Shown: positions 25,836 through 39,850, counted from the stretch's first letter. The stretch is DNA of 64,000 bases from Eledone cirrhosa (GCA_964016885.1 OZ024764.1:22320001-22384000), one strand, 5' to 3'. The notes: generated by a model not told the origin, from the sequence alone. Made by a program: numbers and translations.

Positions 25836-26229
25836 GGTTGAGGTTACATCATCAACATCAGATTTCCCTGCTAGCAAGGGTTTAATGAGTCTACTTCAAC
25901 CAAGTAAGTACTGAAGTGAGGCTACTGATCTCCCAGACGGACCAAGGATCTGAGACTTATTTACATAAGGTCTCATTTGCTACTGAGTGCACAGAAAAGG
26001 TTGTCATGTCTTTGTCATGATTGAAGGGTTCTCCGACACTATTGTCGGGCAAGCTTTCTATGGCTAGATGTCCTTCACATGACCAACCACATTACAGCCT
26101 GTGTTGGGTGTGTTTATCATGTAGGTGAGACATAACAAACTGAGGGTTCTCCAAGGTCCACATAGGTCACATGTGTTGTCTGAGGGTTGCACACTACAAC
26201 TAATTATGTACACGACAACTAAGTAAAGT

Positions 26230-28137
26230 CATTTACTAAAATATATTGCAGAAAGATTTGTTACTTAAATTTAGAAACATACAATGTACATACAAATGTT
26301 TTAGCAGCATTCATGAATACAAAGTAATGAAGTAGTTTGACAAAAAACTAAAATTTCACATGTCAACATATACTTGCAGATTGTAACAGCAACAAATACA
26401 TTGTACACAAATAACAACAGTTGAAAACTGAACATTTATTTGCTACTATTCAACCATTTTTAGTGTTTTGTGCTGAGGCTTGACACTTTTGGTATGTCTG
26501 GCTGAAATGTCTACAGTTCCAACTTTAATCAGAAATGACAAGTGTTGATCTTTCAGCCTTGTTCTCTGAGAAGTTTTTGTTAAGCTAAGTACAGACTCAG
26601 TATTGGCAGTGATTTTCAGCTCTTTGCACATAAGAAAATGAATTAAATTTTTATCTGACAACGGAGACTTCCATAAGCTAAGTTTTCTAATGAAGAACTT
26701 GATGTCATCATACAACTGAGTGATGGGTTTGTTTTTACCTTGTAATTTCAAATTAAGATCAGTTAATTGTGCAGTAATATCCACAAATAAAGCCAGATGT
26801 TGGAGCCAACTTTCATCTTTTATCTCATCTGTGTTTTGACCTTTCATCTCCAAAATCATAATTATTTCAACAAATAGCATCTTTTCAGCACTTTGTGACA
26901 TGTCAACCAGCAGACTTCTGTGTAGAATGGAACATCGGTGAACTGATTATCCATATCTTCCAACAACTGGCTGAACTGACGGTGGTTGAGAGCACGGCCT
27001 CTGATTTAGTTCACTGTCTTTGTGACCAAGCTAAGCACATGATGCAATTTTAAAATCTTTGAACATAAATTTTGCTGATGAATAATAGTGAAAATGTGCA
27101 AATGATGAATCTAGATATGAGTTTTCTATTTTTGTTTGTAACTTGGCAGCAACACCATTATGTCTACCAACCATATTTGCAGCACTGTCAGTAGATAAAC
27201 ATGCAAGTTTACTCAGATCAAAACCATGCAGACCCTGCTTGACCTTCTCAAAGATGTCCTGGCTTGTTATAATGTCATGCATGGGGACCAGTTCAATCAG
27301 TTCTTCATAAATGTTAAATTCACAGTCACAGGCCCTGATGAAGAATGCAAGCTGTACTATTCCAGTGATGTCAACAGTCTCATCAATAGCAATAGAAACA
27401 TGTTCAAACCTTGATGATACAGCCTTTAACTGTTGTTTCAGATCACCTGACATTTCATTAATCTATTCAGCAACAGTGTTCCTGGTTAATGAAATGTCTT
27501 TGAATAACTGTGCTTTCTCTGGACAATTTCAGCTGTTTTTACAAAATCTCCTTCACTCTAAGATTTCCCACTCATGGCAATCATTTGACTGAGTTCATAG
27601 CTTGCAGTAACAGAAGTGACATTCTCTTCCTGAATTAACATAAAACAGGTCTGTTGCTGTGTCAAGTTAGACTTCAATTCCTTCAGTCTTGAAATACACA
27701 TTGGGGCTTCATATTTATCGTAAGATCGACGGTTTGTTTCATAATGTCTTTTTGAATTGTACTCTTTTGGCCTGGCGATGTAGTTGTTGCAAATTAAACA
27801 GTGTATCTTTCTGTTCAGCGTTGAGCAAAAGTACTGGAATTCCCACTTTTCTTGAAACACTTGCCCTTCTTCGTTCAATTTCTTTTTTCTCTTAGCTGGA
27901 GGAGCACTAACCATTTCAAAAACAAAATCTTTTGAAATTTTGAAAGAAAGTTTTCTGTTAATGAGCTGCACGTGATTAATGGCAGTTAAAAGTAGTTGAC
28001 AAAATTTGCACAAAAAAATTAATTGTATCGAAAATGTTTTAAATTTTATATTACGAAAATGAAACATGCTCGCATTGTAAAAACCTTTGTGTGGGCCGCA
28101 GGTTTGCTTGCCAAGGGCCGCATGTTTGACAGGTCTG
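26230..28137 (-). mobile_element. hAT transposon (SPIN/GTF2IRD2-like transposase), degenerate
   Basis: 5' end CAGACCTGTCAAACATGCGGCCC; FQEKWEFQYF..CLICN..KEYN.KRHYETN, SIAIDETVDIT..QL, STDSAANMVG, LTDLNLKLQG; 3' boundary approximate. Confidence 0.88.
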
Positions 28138-28229
28138 ATGTAGGTTACCAACACTAGGGAGGGCAGCATGTCCTTCAGTGTGTTCTGCTACATTAACTAC
28201 CAGGAGGTCACCACATGAGACAAAGAATA

Positions 28230-28620
28230 CATTTCAAAGAAGGGTCATAAAAGAACTAAATACGAAAGTACCCACAGCAAAAAGGAAATAATTGAGCTTT
28301 GGGTCTAGGTCAAGGGGCAGAAGTGCTGTGCCCTGTTAATAAGACTGAAAAAGTATTCGCCCCGGACTATGGACAGTTACACCCACTGCAACAGCCACCC
28401 CAACCTCATGGGGCTCCCTCTTCAGAAGAGCCACCAACGTTCTGATCTTACAGAGGAGCTTGGTAGTACGGGGTCCAAGTACTTTTGAGGTCTCGATGGT
28501 GACCGGTGTGAAGAGACCTACAATTGATGTCATCCCAGTTATGTTGGACTGCAATATACTGGGGTATAGAGAGGCCTTAACCTGTCACAGCCGAGCCACC
28601 CAGGGTTGTGTCATCTAGGT
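28230..28620 (-). mobile_element. 3' fragment of a CRE-like RLE retrotransposon
   Basis: FTPVTIETSKVLGP..KLL..I resembles the F.P..IET.G..GP end of the restriction-like endonuclease domain. Confidence 0.55.
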
Positions 28621-28949
28621 ACCAGACAGGGGTAACTAGACCATGTTGTCAACTGTCAGCACCAATAGGAGTGAGGCGAGTGGTCCCCTTGCTAGACACC
28701 ATATATAAAACGTATTTGCTAATTACTTTAATGAATAATTTGTTTCATACGTAATTATTACTTTTAACACGATAGGATTTTGTACACGTGTTTGTTTGAA
28801 AACATCTTTCAAAGAAGTATGAGCCAGTCTTTTGTAGTGTTTATTATAATAAATTACTGTATGTTGAGCTGTTTTAACTTCTCCACCTTCTATTAATTCA
28901 TATTGTTTTTGTAAAAAAACGATATCTTCTTCATATATATACATATGAA

Positions 28950-29160
28950 TGCGTGTGGCTGAGTGGTTAGAGAATTGGATTCGGAATTGTGAGGTTGTGA
29001 GTTCGATTCTCAGACTAGGCGATGCGTTATGTCCTTGAGCAAGACATTTTGTTTCACGTTGCTCCTTCTACCTGGAGTTGCGACCGATAGATAGTATTAG
29101 CAATTGGAAAGACCAATGGAAACATTGTTTCCTCGGTCAGATTTGACTAAAAGTCGATCA
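28950..29160 (+). mobile_element. tRNA-derived CORE-like SINE
   Basis: A-box TGGCTGAGTGG, B-box GTTCGATTC, core TGTCCTTGAGCAAGACA. Confidence 0.85.
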
Positions 29161-30154
29161 TTAAAAAAATATATATTTATATATATATAGAGAGAGATAG
29201 AGAAACACACAAGCGTACACTACTGTAAAACATATGTAAGGGTAGACAACTCTCGTTACATCCCCCTCTTCTTTTTATATACGTCCTTTAAATACTTTGT
29301 TCAACGGAACCTGCTTTATTTTGTGTCCTAAGTAGATTTCTGTTTAAGTATTTACGAGATTCACAATGATTCACGTAACCAAGTTACTTACATAGAGATA
29401 TATTTCACATAGAATCACAACAAATGAAAATATTAAGTCAACACTCTGTCAATCAGTCTCACATCACATGGGGTGCCGGAGTCTCCTTCTAATACTTTCT
29501 GAGACAGTCTTACCTCGAGTGATAGCAAGGCTAAGATGTTGGAACTACCAAACACCCTCATATGTATCATCTGACACCTCGGTAAGGAGAGCTGCCAACG
29601 ATAACAAGAACCTCGTTGTCAGGGACCTATCTCCTCCAAACTTCTCCAACACCACAGACTAGAATATTCTACTCTTTATTCCCTATCAAATATATTTCAG
29701 TCTAGTCATTTATCTTGTATGTTGTATATATATTTTCAAAACTAACTGTCACATTTGTGAGACCCCAGTTAGTGATGTTTTCATCTCCCTCCCACATCCT
29801 ACATGCTGTAGTAAAAGTGAGGGTCACTGCTTCCGTAGACGAACGAAATAAAAGTTAAACTACCAGTAATTATCGGCAAAGTATTTATTCCAGTCTGTGA
29901 TGTTTGAGAAGCTGGGCTGCTGACAACGAAGTTGTTGTCACTGTTGGCGGCTGGCTTTACCGAAGTACCCGATGACTCTTGTGAGGGTGCTTAGCTGTTC
30001 TGGCGGTTTAGCCTCCATATGACCCGATCTTACCGAGATACCCGGTGATCTCTGTAAGAGTACTTAGCTGTTCTATTTTAATTACATTTACTGTTTTCAA
30101 CTTTATTTTTTTTTATTACAAACTTTACATAATTTAATTCGGTAAAAATATTTT

Positions 30155-30285
30155 TCACGTCACAAAAAAACTTGACCTTTGACATTGAAGCATGCGCAGT
30201 GGTGGAGCTGTCGACTTCCTGTCCACGTGTCAGTCTTCCTACAACATTTCTGTAAATACTAAACACCTGAGACTATAATGTAAGT
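30155..30285 (+). promoter_or_regulatory. Putative promoter/exon 1, upstream copy in unit 3
   Basis: GCATGCGCA, ACTTCCTG, CACGTG, donor GTAAGT at 30280. Confidence 0.55.
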
Positions 30286-30834
30286 ATTATGTCTATTAAT
30301 ATTGTAGATTTAAGCTCACTTTTCACATCACAAATATATATTTTCTTGTTTGTTTCATTACTGGAAATATAAAATGTTATCGTAATTATCTATATTTTAC
30401 CTATAGCTTTTACTTAGCTGTTCTGGCAACTTAGCCTCCATATGACCCGATCTTACCGAGATACCCGGTGATCTCTGCCAGGGTACTCGATTGATCCAGC
30501 ACCCTACTATATCTACCAACAGGTTATATCGAGGTATCAAGTGATAATCTTTTCTAGTCAAGACCTCCTCTGCTGTCCTCTGTCTTCCAACTGCCCTGTT
30601 ATTCTATAGACTCACGAAAGTGGACACCACCTGAAGGAGAGAGTGGTTGGTGTAGTGGTCATCGCTGGCTATTGTCCGAGTGACACAGGTAAAATAGACT
30701 ACCTAGACTGAGGTGAAATGTCTACCGTCCATTCCTCACCACCAACATCTTACTTTCTCTATTTTAATTACATTTACTGTTTTCAACTTCATTTTTTTAT
30801 TACAAACTTTACATAATTTAATTCCGTAAAAATA

Positions 30835-30969
30835 TTTTACGTCACAAAAAAACATTGAAGCATGCGCAGTGGTGCAGTTGTCGACTTCCTGTCCACGTGT
30901 TAGTCTTCCTACAACATCATTTAGACAACATTTCTGTAAATACTAAACACCTGAGACTATAATGTAAGT
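30835..30969 (+). promoter_or_regulatory. Putative promoter/exon 1, downstream copy in unit 3
   Basis: Same motifs, lacks the DR1-like site; donor GTAAGT at 30964. Confidence 0.55.
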
Positions 30970-31420
30970 ATTATGTCTATTAATATTCTAGATTTAAGCT
31001 CACTTTTCACATCACAAATATATATTTTCTTGTTTGTTTCATTACTGGAAATATAAAATGTTATCGTAATTATCTATATTTTACCTACCTCTAATTAATT
31101 AAAGTGAAAACTTTTGTTGTTGCTGAAAAATAAATTAACAAAACTAAATATTTAAATATTCTAAAGGTCGTTTTTATATTATGTGATGATATAATTAATA
31201 TATTTTATTACAATTGTATAAATTTACAGTAGAATAACGTAAATATGTTTTAAATATATACATAAATAACATAAGTGTGTAAATAACATTATAAATTGCT
31301 GGCAATTCCTTGAGAAAGACATTACAAATATATTGTCTAAACTGTGTATAATAATATAATTTATTGAACAATAATGATAAAGGAAAGAAAAACACAGTGG
31401 GAGATGGCAATTGACCACCA

Positions 31421-34400
31421 AACGAGGTAAACATTTTCAACTTTCCCCTTTTTTTGCTTTGTCCGAGACAACTCAAAATATTCTTCAAGGAACTGGATTT
31501 TCCATTCGGTTGGATCGAACGGATTTTACCATTTATAATCTACGGAGAGGAATAACAGATGTTCGGAGGTAAAAAGAATTGTTTGTGGCAACAACGTAGG
31601 GAACCAACCTGGAGCAATTGTATCACACAATTATACTTTCCTCCTTAACATACACTTACAATTTTTCAAAATCAAACCCCCCAAATATAAAATATAAATA
31701 ATTATAAATGGCGAGGAACCATCCCATCTCCCTCTTGAAATAACCTGAATCTATTTATAGTCAGGTGTGACTGAAAGGTCAATCCATACTTCCATTCTAT
31801 TTCACAGAATTAGAAGCTTTGACCACTTGATAGAATTCAGGTCCAGTAATGTAATCACTCCGTAATTGTAAACTTCTTGTATCACTATCATTCAGGTTTT
31901 GATTTTAAGTCTTGCCCATGTTTTTTTTTTTTTTTCTTTTTTACACAAACTCACAATTTCGGTTTTTACTGCGGATTTACCCATGCGAACTATTATACAA
32001 ACTCACAGCCTTAGATTTTGTATTTCTAGCGTTTTTATTTTCCTTCTCTTTGCATGTTCAGTGCTCTTTCTCTCCCACTGTATTTATCTGCCTCTCACAT
32101 GACCACACTCCTCTCCACGCACTCATCATCTTCTCACTCCTTCTACACCTTCCATCCCTCCCCTTGCTCAACCCTTACTTCCTCCTCGCGCACAGCCCAC
32201 CTAGGTATTCGTTCAACCCGCCGGTGGCCCGATGTTTCGACCGAACTATCACCGGCGATTGCCGATTGCTAAAGTTGCCACCACTTTAACCTAGTCCACT
32301 CTAGGTGGGGGTGGCATGCGTCGAACAACCAAGAGACCTGCTTGGTGGAACGACTATGTGACAACCGGTCAGCCTTCGACCTCTCATTCTCCACCAACTG
32401 CAGCACGCACGAGAGGAGCTAACTTGACCCCACTTACCCCTCCTCTCCTTCACGGCAGATTTCGAACGAATCTAACCCGGCCAACCACACCACCCCTACA
32501 ACTGTTAGCTCACTACCCAACCCCCGCTTTAGTCCCACCGTTAGAACCACTGCTGTCTCCTTTACTGACTCACTCCCTTCACCGAATTCCAACGCTGGCC
32601 CTCTACTGCCACCTGATTGCGCCCTCTGTGCCCGCACTAACCAGTACTTAAAGACAATTAAATGTCACCTATGCCACGCAAGCTACCACAGAAGCTGTGT
32701 CAGCATCACCAAAGCTCAAGCCGAAAGGCTTCAACACTGGACCTGTCATCGGTGCCACTTCAGCTCCGACTATTCCGTGGGGATGACCAACACTCTACCG
32801 ACGACTTTCCACAGCCCCCCCACCCACCCCCCAGGGCTTCTCCAAATCAAAGCTCGTTAACCGGTCCCTTAAGGGAGCTCGGAACAGCTTTGCAGGTGCC
32901 CTCTCTAATTTACTGAAAAACGTTTGCTCGTCCAACAATAGTCTGGCAGAAATTGCTTTTGTTTCCCCTCATCTCTCTTCACGTGCACAATGCGAACTCG
33001 GGTTCCCTCAAGTCCTCTCTCAAGCGGCAGTTCCAGCTGTTTGAGTCCACCCCAACCACGTCTCATCTCAGTTCGTCTCCGAGCTCGGTGTCCACCAACA
33101 GACAACCGGTAGACCTCAAGCGAGCCGTCCATGACAATTCAGCGAATTTGACATTAAAGGGGCTGTCCTCCCTTGCTCCATGCAACTCTGACTCTCGTGA
33201 GCGTCTGAAAGAGAAGCACCCCCAGATGATCAGCAACACTGGCCCGAACCACCAGAATACTTGAGACCGGTTTACACCACCAATATCATCAGAAAGGCGA
33301 TTTTATCCTTCCTCGCTGGGTCAGGCGCGGGAATTGACGTCCTTCGTCCTCAACACCTCAAGGATGGTATCTCCTTATCGGCCGGTGATGCCGGACTCGA
33401 GCTCTTGGAGAGTCTGACTCAGTTTGTGAATCAGTGAACGTTCTCCCGTTCATCCGCCCACTGTTCTTAGGTGCGAAGCTATTTGGTCTCACCAAGCCCA
33501 ACGGGGACCTGCGCCGCATTGCGGTTGGCTGCACACCTCGCCGCCTCACTGCAAAGGCGTGATTGCTGTTGGTCTCCAACCCACTGGCGGAGGAATTTTC
33601 CCCCATCCAGCTGTGGGTGGGTACCAGGTTGGGATGTGTGGCTGCTGTCCACGCTGCCAGAACATTTGCCAACTTGCCCTCCTCATCCCCCAAGGTCATT
33701 CTCAAACTTGACCTCAGGAATGCCTTCAACTCCGTCAGCCGTAACATCGTCCTCGGCTCAGTAAGAGAGAGGGTCCCACAACTCTACCACTTTGCTTGGC
33801 AGGCTTATCGGGAGCCCTCTTACCTCTCTTTCAGTGACCAGATCATCACCTCTGCCTCAGGAGTCCAACAGGGTGACCCAGTCGGAACCCCCCCCCCCCC
33901 CCCCCGCCCGCACTGGACATTGATGATGTCACCAAGATGGGGGCTGAGTTGGACCTCAATGTCTGGTAGCTCGACGACGCCTGTTTGGGGGGAACTCCGG
34001 ATATGGTTCTCGCCACTGCCAACAGGATGGTGGAGGAGCTTGGCGCCTGGGTCTCCAGATCAATAGCTCCAAATGTGAGCTCTGGATCCTCAACCACCCG
34101 GCTTCTTAACACCAACAGCTGATCGACCTGTTCGCAGAGTCCTTCCCTTCCATCACGGTCCCTCCTCCGTCAGCTTGGTGCTCCTTAGGAGCCCCGATCA
34201 TAGACCTGGCCTTCGAGTAAACCATCCAATCGAAGATGGTTGGCCTTGAGCAGCTGCTGAGGAATATTGAAGATATCGAACGCCATCAAGGTTTCTTCTT
34301 ACTCAGTAACTACCTGTCTATTCCTAAGCTTCTGTATCTGCTCAGGGTCAGCCCCTCTCACAGATTTCCATCCTGCCTCCAATGCTTCGACGACCTAATC

Positions 34401-35359
34401 TTCGAGAGACTCGAGTGTCTGGTCAATGTTAGTAAGTGTTCGTCCCTCTCTCTCCCCTGCTTCCTTTCCTCCACCCAAGCTTGCAGCATCCTCTCCTCTC
34501 CAACATGGACTAGTTCCAACAGGGAGTTGTGTGAAGCTCTCCAGCAATGGAGTGAGTTGGGCTTGTCTCTTCCTGAGAAGGTGGAGGACAGTCGAAGTCA
34601 GAGAACTTGGGACAGGATACGTTGGAATGCCACCTTCGACTCCCTCTCAGATCAGTCTGCAAGGTGCCGCTTACCATCTGCCAGCGCCAAATACTCCGGT
34701 GACTGGGTCGATGCCTTACCCGTGGCCAACGTTGGAGGCCTACTCAGCCTGGATGAACTTCGTGTCTCCATCACCCTCAGAGTGGTAGCTGACGTCTGCA
34801 TGGGTTTGAGATGTGGCTAACTCCTCGACTCCACAGGCCCCCACGGTCTTTCTTGCTGCCTGAATGCCGGCCTCTTCGCCCGTCACACGGAGCTAAACTT
34901 TATTCTGAAGAGAGCTTTGGCCCGGGCAAACATCTCCTCAGTCTTGGAACCATCTTGGTTGTCCAGAAGTGACGGCAAAAGACCTGACGGCCTTACCCTG
35001 TGCCCCTGGTCGAGAGGCAGGTGCTTAATCTGGGACGTCACTGTTAGTGACTCCTTTGCTCTTTCCCACATCCTTGATGCTGCGGTAAGGACGAGAGCCA
35101 CAGCCTTTAAAAGGAATTAAAAGGAATTTATCTTTCATTGTATCATCCTTTATAGTGTTACCGAGGCATTTGTAATGTTATTTATATATTTAAAACATAT
35201 TTGTTATGTTATTCTACTGTAAATTTATTTATATGCTCTGTTTATATTTTCATTCTGAAGTAACTTATCCACTTGTGTTGATATAAGTGATTCTATGACT
35301 TTCCTCTAAGCATTGTGTCATTATATATGTTATTATAAACGTGAATAAATTGAATTTAT
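31421..35359 (+). mobile_element. ~3.9-kb insertion containing a degenerate CRE-clade non-LTR retrotransposon (RT plus restriction-like endonuclease)
   Basis: Interrupts TTGACCACCA/AGTGTGATAAT seen intact in other units; LRRIAVGCTPRRL.AK, KLDLRNAFNSVSR, GVQQGDP, W*LDD, RHTELN..LKRAL, DGKRPDGLTL.PW..G.CLIWDVTV. Confidence 0.85.
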
Positions 35360-35434
35360 AGTGTGATAATAACCCTAGGGGTTAACTACACACTTTGAGG
35401 CAAGCCAACACACTGGCAGCATTACAACGGGTGA

Positions 35435-35600
35435 TGGTGAGGCTAAGGTGCTTAAATAACCCGGTACACTCACGGGTATCACCTGACGCCTCTATAAGGT
35501 GAGGCTAAGGTGCTGAGATAACCAGGTACTCTTACGGATATCACCTGACACCTCAGTAAGGTGAGGCTACGGTGCTGAAATAACCAGGTATCCTCACGGA
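35435..35600. repeat. 62-bp repeat, ~2.7 copies
   Basis: Same unit as 15995-16145. Confidence 0.88.
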
Positions 35601-35966
35601 AACGACTAGATTTGTAGAAAAAGTAGGGTGAAAGTATACAAAGAGATGTAGTTTCACAGATCTACACACACCTCACGTTGGGTGAGAATAATTATTTTTC
35701 TTAGAATTCTTGCTATACCCCTTTTCCAGTATTTTTTCTCTGGACCCCTTAGATACTTGCGATAGACGTTTTATTTCCCAGTATTAGGATCAGGGTTTCC
35801 GTTTTCAGGAAGAAAAGTCGATTGCAAACATCTAAGAGTTCGAGCAATAAAATTAAGGAAAGATAATTATTTCCCAGCCAACTGGAGAAGTGTGTAGCTC
35901 TTCTAAACTCCGATAATCCTGTCTCCCACTTCTTTATCTACAAATCTAGTTGTTTCCTGCTACTTT

Positions 35967-36676
35967 GTTCCCTGGGGTATGCCTTAGTATTTGACACTAT
36001 CTGTCTCTCTTACTGCCTAATTAGCAAGAAGTAAATCTGTCTCATGTGTTCACCTGATTGGTAGGTTATTAGGTGGTTGGTAGGTTTCTTGAAGTGTTGC
36101 AAATGGTTAGTTCACTTGCATCACAAAATACAAGAAGCCTCACTCCTCCTTCATTTCTTGAGCCATAACCATGACCACCATGTACCCCAGTGTATCCATC
36201 CTGGAGCTGTCCAACATGACCATGGTAGTCCCCTGCTATTATAACTAGGTCTCTGTCCTCTGACATTGAGGTTATCTCTACTTATTCCTTTTCTACATAT
36301 GGAGCAGGGCCACTTTCCTGAATGGGTCAGGGTCTTCTCTCCTATCCATTACCACTTTAGTTTTGGCTAAGTATATTCTTAGAACTTACCATTTCAAATT
36401 CTATATCTATAGCTGGTCATCTACATAGAGAAGTTTCCATAGACAGCCAGTCTTAAACCTCTCTGTTATGGCTTGGAGAACTATGATGAACAATAGTGGG
36501 CTAAGAACTAAACCATGATGAACTACCTGTACCTTCAATTCCTCACTAGACACACTTTACTGACAACTTCTCACAAGCCATTCTTCTACACCTAATTTCC
36601 TTAACCCTTTAGTATATAAACTGGCCATATCTGGCCAGAATTCTCCCACATCTTTCTGTTCAAACTGGCCGTAATT
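35967..36676 (-). mobile_element. Residual RTE relics and left half of the piggyBac MITE in unit 3
   Basis: Colinear with 20045-20741; ORF 36069-36266 IIAGDYHGHVG. Confidence 0.8.
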
Positions 36677-36870
36677 AAATAATAATAATAATAATGAAAT
36701 TATTGTGTACAGTGCTCAGGTGCACTACAACTCATCAAAGGTGCATGTATAGTACATAGAATAATGTACAAATGTCAGGAAAATGAACAGTGTATGAGTC
36801 ATGATATAATAACAATAATGAAATATTGTGTACAGTGCCCAGGTGCACCACAACTCATCAAAAAAGTGCA
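36677..36870 (-). mobile_element. Two stacked CR1/L2-like LINE 3' tails
   Basis: (AAT)n-GAAATTATTGTGTACAGTGCTCAGGTGCACTACAACTCATCAAA twice; matches 55810-55950. Confidence 0.75.
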
Positions 36871-36951
36871 TCAAAATATTGCGAGGAGAAAAATATTAAA
36901 ACTGTGAATTATGTGAGAAACTGAGGTGATTGATATCTTTTAGTAGGAGTT

Positions 36952-38907
36952 ATGTCGAAAAATATAGTAAAATCACCATTCCACTGTGATATCTGTGGTA
37001 AATCATTCTCTCGTAGTAATCCCTTAGCTACCCACAAACGTACTCATACAGGAGAGAAGCCATATCCCTGTGACATCTGTGCTAAATCATTCAGTCACCG
37101 TAGTAACTTAACTACTCACAAACGTATTCATACAGGAGAGAAGCCTTATAAGTGTGATATCTGTAACAAATCATTCAGTCACAGTAGTAGCGTCAGAGTT
37201 CACAAACAAATTCATACAGGAGAGAAGACACATCACTGTGACATCTGTAGTAAATCATTCTCTTGCAGATATAGACTAACTACTCACAAACATATTCATA
37301 CAGGAGAGAAACCATATCACTGTGACATCTGTGGTAATTCATTCTCTCAGAGTAATAACCTAACTACTCACAAACATATTCATACAGGAGAGAAACCATA
37401 TCACTGTGACATCTGTGGTAAATCATTCTCTCATAGTCATCACCTAACTACTCACAAACATATTCATACAGGAGAGAAACCATATCACTGTGACATCTGT
37501 GGTAAATCATTCTCTCAGAGTCATCACCTAACTACTCACAAACGTATTCATACAGGAGAGAAACCATATCATTGTGACATCTGTGGTAAATCATTCTCTC
37601 AGAGTATTCACCTAACTACTCACAAACATATTCATACAGGAGAGAAACCATATCACTGTGACATCTGTGGTAAATCATTCTCTCAGAGTCATCACCTAAC
37701 TACTCACAAACGTATTCATACAGGAGAGAAACCATATCATTGTGACATCTGTGGTAAATCATTCTCTCATAGTCATTACCTAACTACTCACAAACGTATT
37801 CATACAGGAGAGAAGCCTTATAAGTGTGATATCTGTAACAAATCATTCAGTCACAGTAGTAGCGTCAGAGTTCACAAACAAATTCATACAGGAGAGAAGC
37901 CATATCACTGTGACATCTGCGGTAAATCATTCTCTGACAGAAGTAGCTTTGTTAAACACCATCGTATTCATACAGGAGAGAAACCATATCACTGTGACAT
38001 CTGTAGTAAATCATTCTCTGACAGAAGTAGCTTTGTTAAACACCATGGTATTCATACAGGAGAGAAGCCATATCACTGTGATATCTGTGGTAAGACATTC
38101 TCTGAAAATAATAATCTAACTACTCACAAACGTATTCATACAGGAGAGAAGCCATATCATTGTGACATCTGTGGTAAATCATTTTCTCGTAGTCACCTAA
38201 CTACTCACAAACGTATTCATACAGGAGAGAAGCCATATCACTGTGATATCTGTGATAAATCATTCTCTTATAGTAAAACCTTAACTCTCCACAAACGTAC
38301 TCATACAGGAGAGAAGCCATATCACTGTGATATCTGTGATAAATCATTCTCTCAGCATAAAACCTTAACTATCCACAAACGTACTCATACAGGAGAGAAG
38401 CCATATCACTGTGACATCTGTGGTAAATCATTCTCTCATAGTAATACCTTAGCTATCCACAAACGTACTCATACAGGAGAGAAGCCATATCATTGTGACA
38501 TCTGTGGTAAATCATTCGCTGAGAGAACTAGCTTAGCTACCCACAAACGTACTCATACAGGAGAGAAGCCATATCACTGTGATATCTGTGATAAATCATT
38601 CTCTCAGCATAAAACCTTAACTATCCACAAACGTACTCATACAGGAGAGAAGCCATATCACTGTGACATCTGTGGTAAATCATTCTGTCATAGTAATACC
38701 TTAGCTACCCACAAACGTACTCATACAGGAGAGAAGCCATATCACTGTGATATCTGTGGTAAATCATTCTCTCAGAGTAATACCTTAGCTACCCACAAAC
38801 GTACTCATACAGGAGAGAAGCCATATCCCTGTGACATCTGTGGTAAATCATTCTCTCATAGTAATACCTTAACTACCCACAAACGTACTCATACAGGAGT
38901 ACTCTGA
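36952..38907 (+). CDS. C2H2 zinc-finger-only protein ZNF-C, 651 aa, 23 tandem fingers
   Basis: Uninterrupted ORF with the same MSKNIVKSP leader; a 24th terminal finger is broken by deletion, with its remnant TLTKHV..TEV* at 38915-38953. Confidence 0.9.
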   Translation: MSKNIVKSPFHCDICGKSFSRSNPLATHKRTHTGEKPYPCDICAKSFSHRSNLTTHKRIHTGEKPYKCDICNKSFSHSSSVRVHKQIHTGEKTHHCDICSKSFSCRYRLTTHKHIHTGEKPYHCDICGNSFSQSNNLTTHKHIHTGEKPYHCDICGKSFSHSHHLTTHKHIHTGEKPYHCDICGKSFSQSHHLTTHKRIHTGEKPYHCDICGKSFSQSIHLTTHKHIHTGEKPYHCDICGKSFSQSHHLTTHKRIHTGEKPYHCDICGKSFSHSHYLTTHKRIHTGEKPYKCDICNKSFSHSSSVRVHKQIHTGEKPYHCDICGKSFSDRSSFVKHHRIHTGEKPYHCDICSKSFSDRSSFVKHHGIHTGEKPYHCDICGKTFSENNNLTTHKRIHTGEKPYHCDICGKSFSRSHLTTHKRIHTGEKPYHCDICDKSFSYSKTLTLHKRTHTGEKPYHCDICDKSFSQHKTLTIHKRTHTGEKPYHCDICGKSFSHSNTLAIHKRTHTGEKPYHCDICGKSFAERTSLATHKRTHTGEKPYHCDICDKSFSQHKTLTIHKRTHTGEKPYHCDICGKSFCHSNTLATHKRTHTGEKPYHCDICGKSFSQSNTLATHKRTHTGEKPYPCDICGKSFSHSNTLTTHKRTHTGVL

Positions 38908-39602
38908 CAGTAGTACCTTAACCAAGCATGTGTGTATTCTTACAGAAGTTTAGCTGTATCAATATCAAACTCATTACATCAAACTACAACAACAACAACA
39001 ATTGTGTAGATCCATCATCCTTGCTAAAACTGGGGATAACCTTGTAGGTTTTACCTATGACAGAGATCATAAACACCAGGTTTCCATTTTTGAAGTAGTG
39101 TTTGAAGATTTTGTGTAAATTAAAGTTTTTCACATTAAACTTTGATTTATTATACTTTCACAGGTAAGATATATATTTGTATTTTCAGTAAAGGTTTGGG
39201 CATTATGTAATTTAAACCTGCCAATAAAATGAAAATTGTTGTTGCTAGTCAGACATTGATATTAATTCTATTGTCCTGTACATTGTCTCAAATATCACAG
39301 ATTAAACAGATTTTAATAATAACAACAGAAATCAATAACTTGTAAGCCTAATATCTAGCTTCCATTTTAACTATTTGATATTGTTGTTCCCCTCCTGTCT
39401 CTTCAGGTCTTTTAGATTTCAACTTCTATCTACTGTACTATTCCATCACCAAGGCAACATTCATCTGGCTGGCAGCTTACATCAACTACAGATCTCATCA
39501 GTGGTTCACAACAGGCTGTCTGAAAGAAACTTGCAGATATCTTCTATATCATAGCTATCAATCTCCTCCTCCTTATTATATGTATCATGTAGAACATCTC
39601 TG

Positions 39603-39850
39603 AATTTATATGTAACAGGGAGATCTTTTACTGTCCCTACCCTTTTCTCTATGTTGTCTTGTACCTCTCTCACAGTCCCTCTAGATCTTATATTTAACAG
39701 GGAGATCTTTTACTGTCCCTACCCTTTTCTTTAGGTTGTCTTGTACCTCTCTCACAGTCCCTGTAGATCTTATATTTAACAGGGAGATCTTTTACTCTCC
39801 AACCCTTCTATCTCCAGATAGTCTTGTATCTGTCAGTCCCTCTAGATCTT
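39603..39850. repeat. 80-82 bp minisatellite, ~3 copies
   Basis: Same unit as 7230-7640. Confidence 0.9.

Noticed and set aside
28950-29030. tRNA gene
   Set aside because: A/B boxes run into a SINE core and no full cloverleaf is evident; same for 45428, 51830 and 59105
37826-38119. Alternative-frame ORF inside ZNF-C
   Set aside because: By-product of the repetitive finger codons
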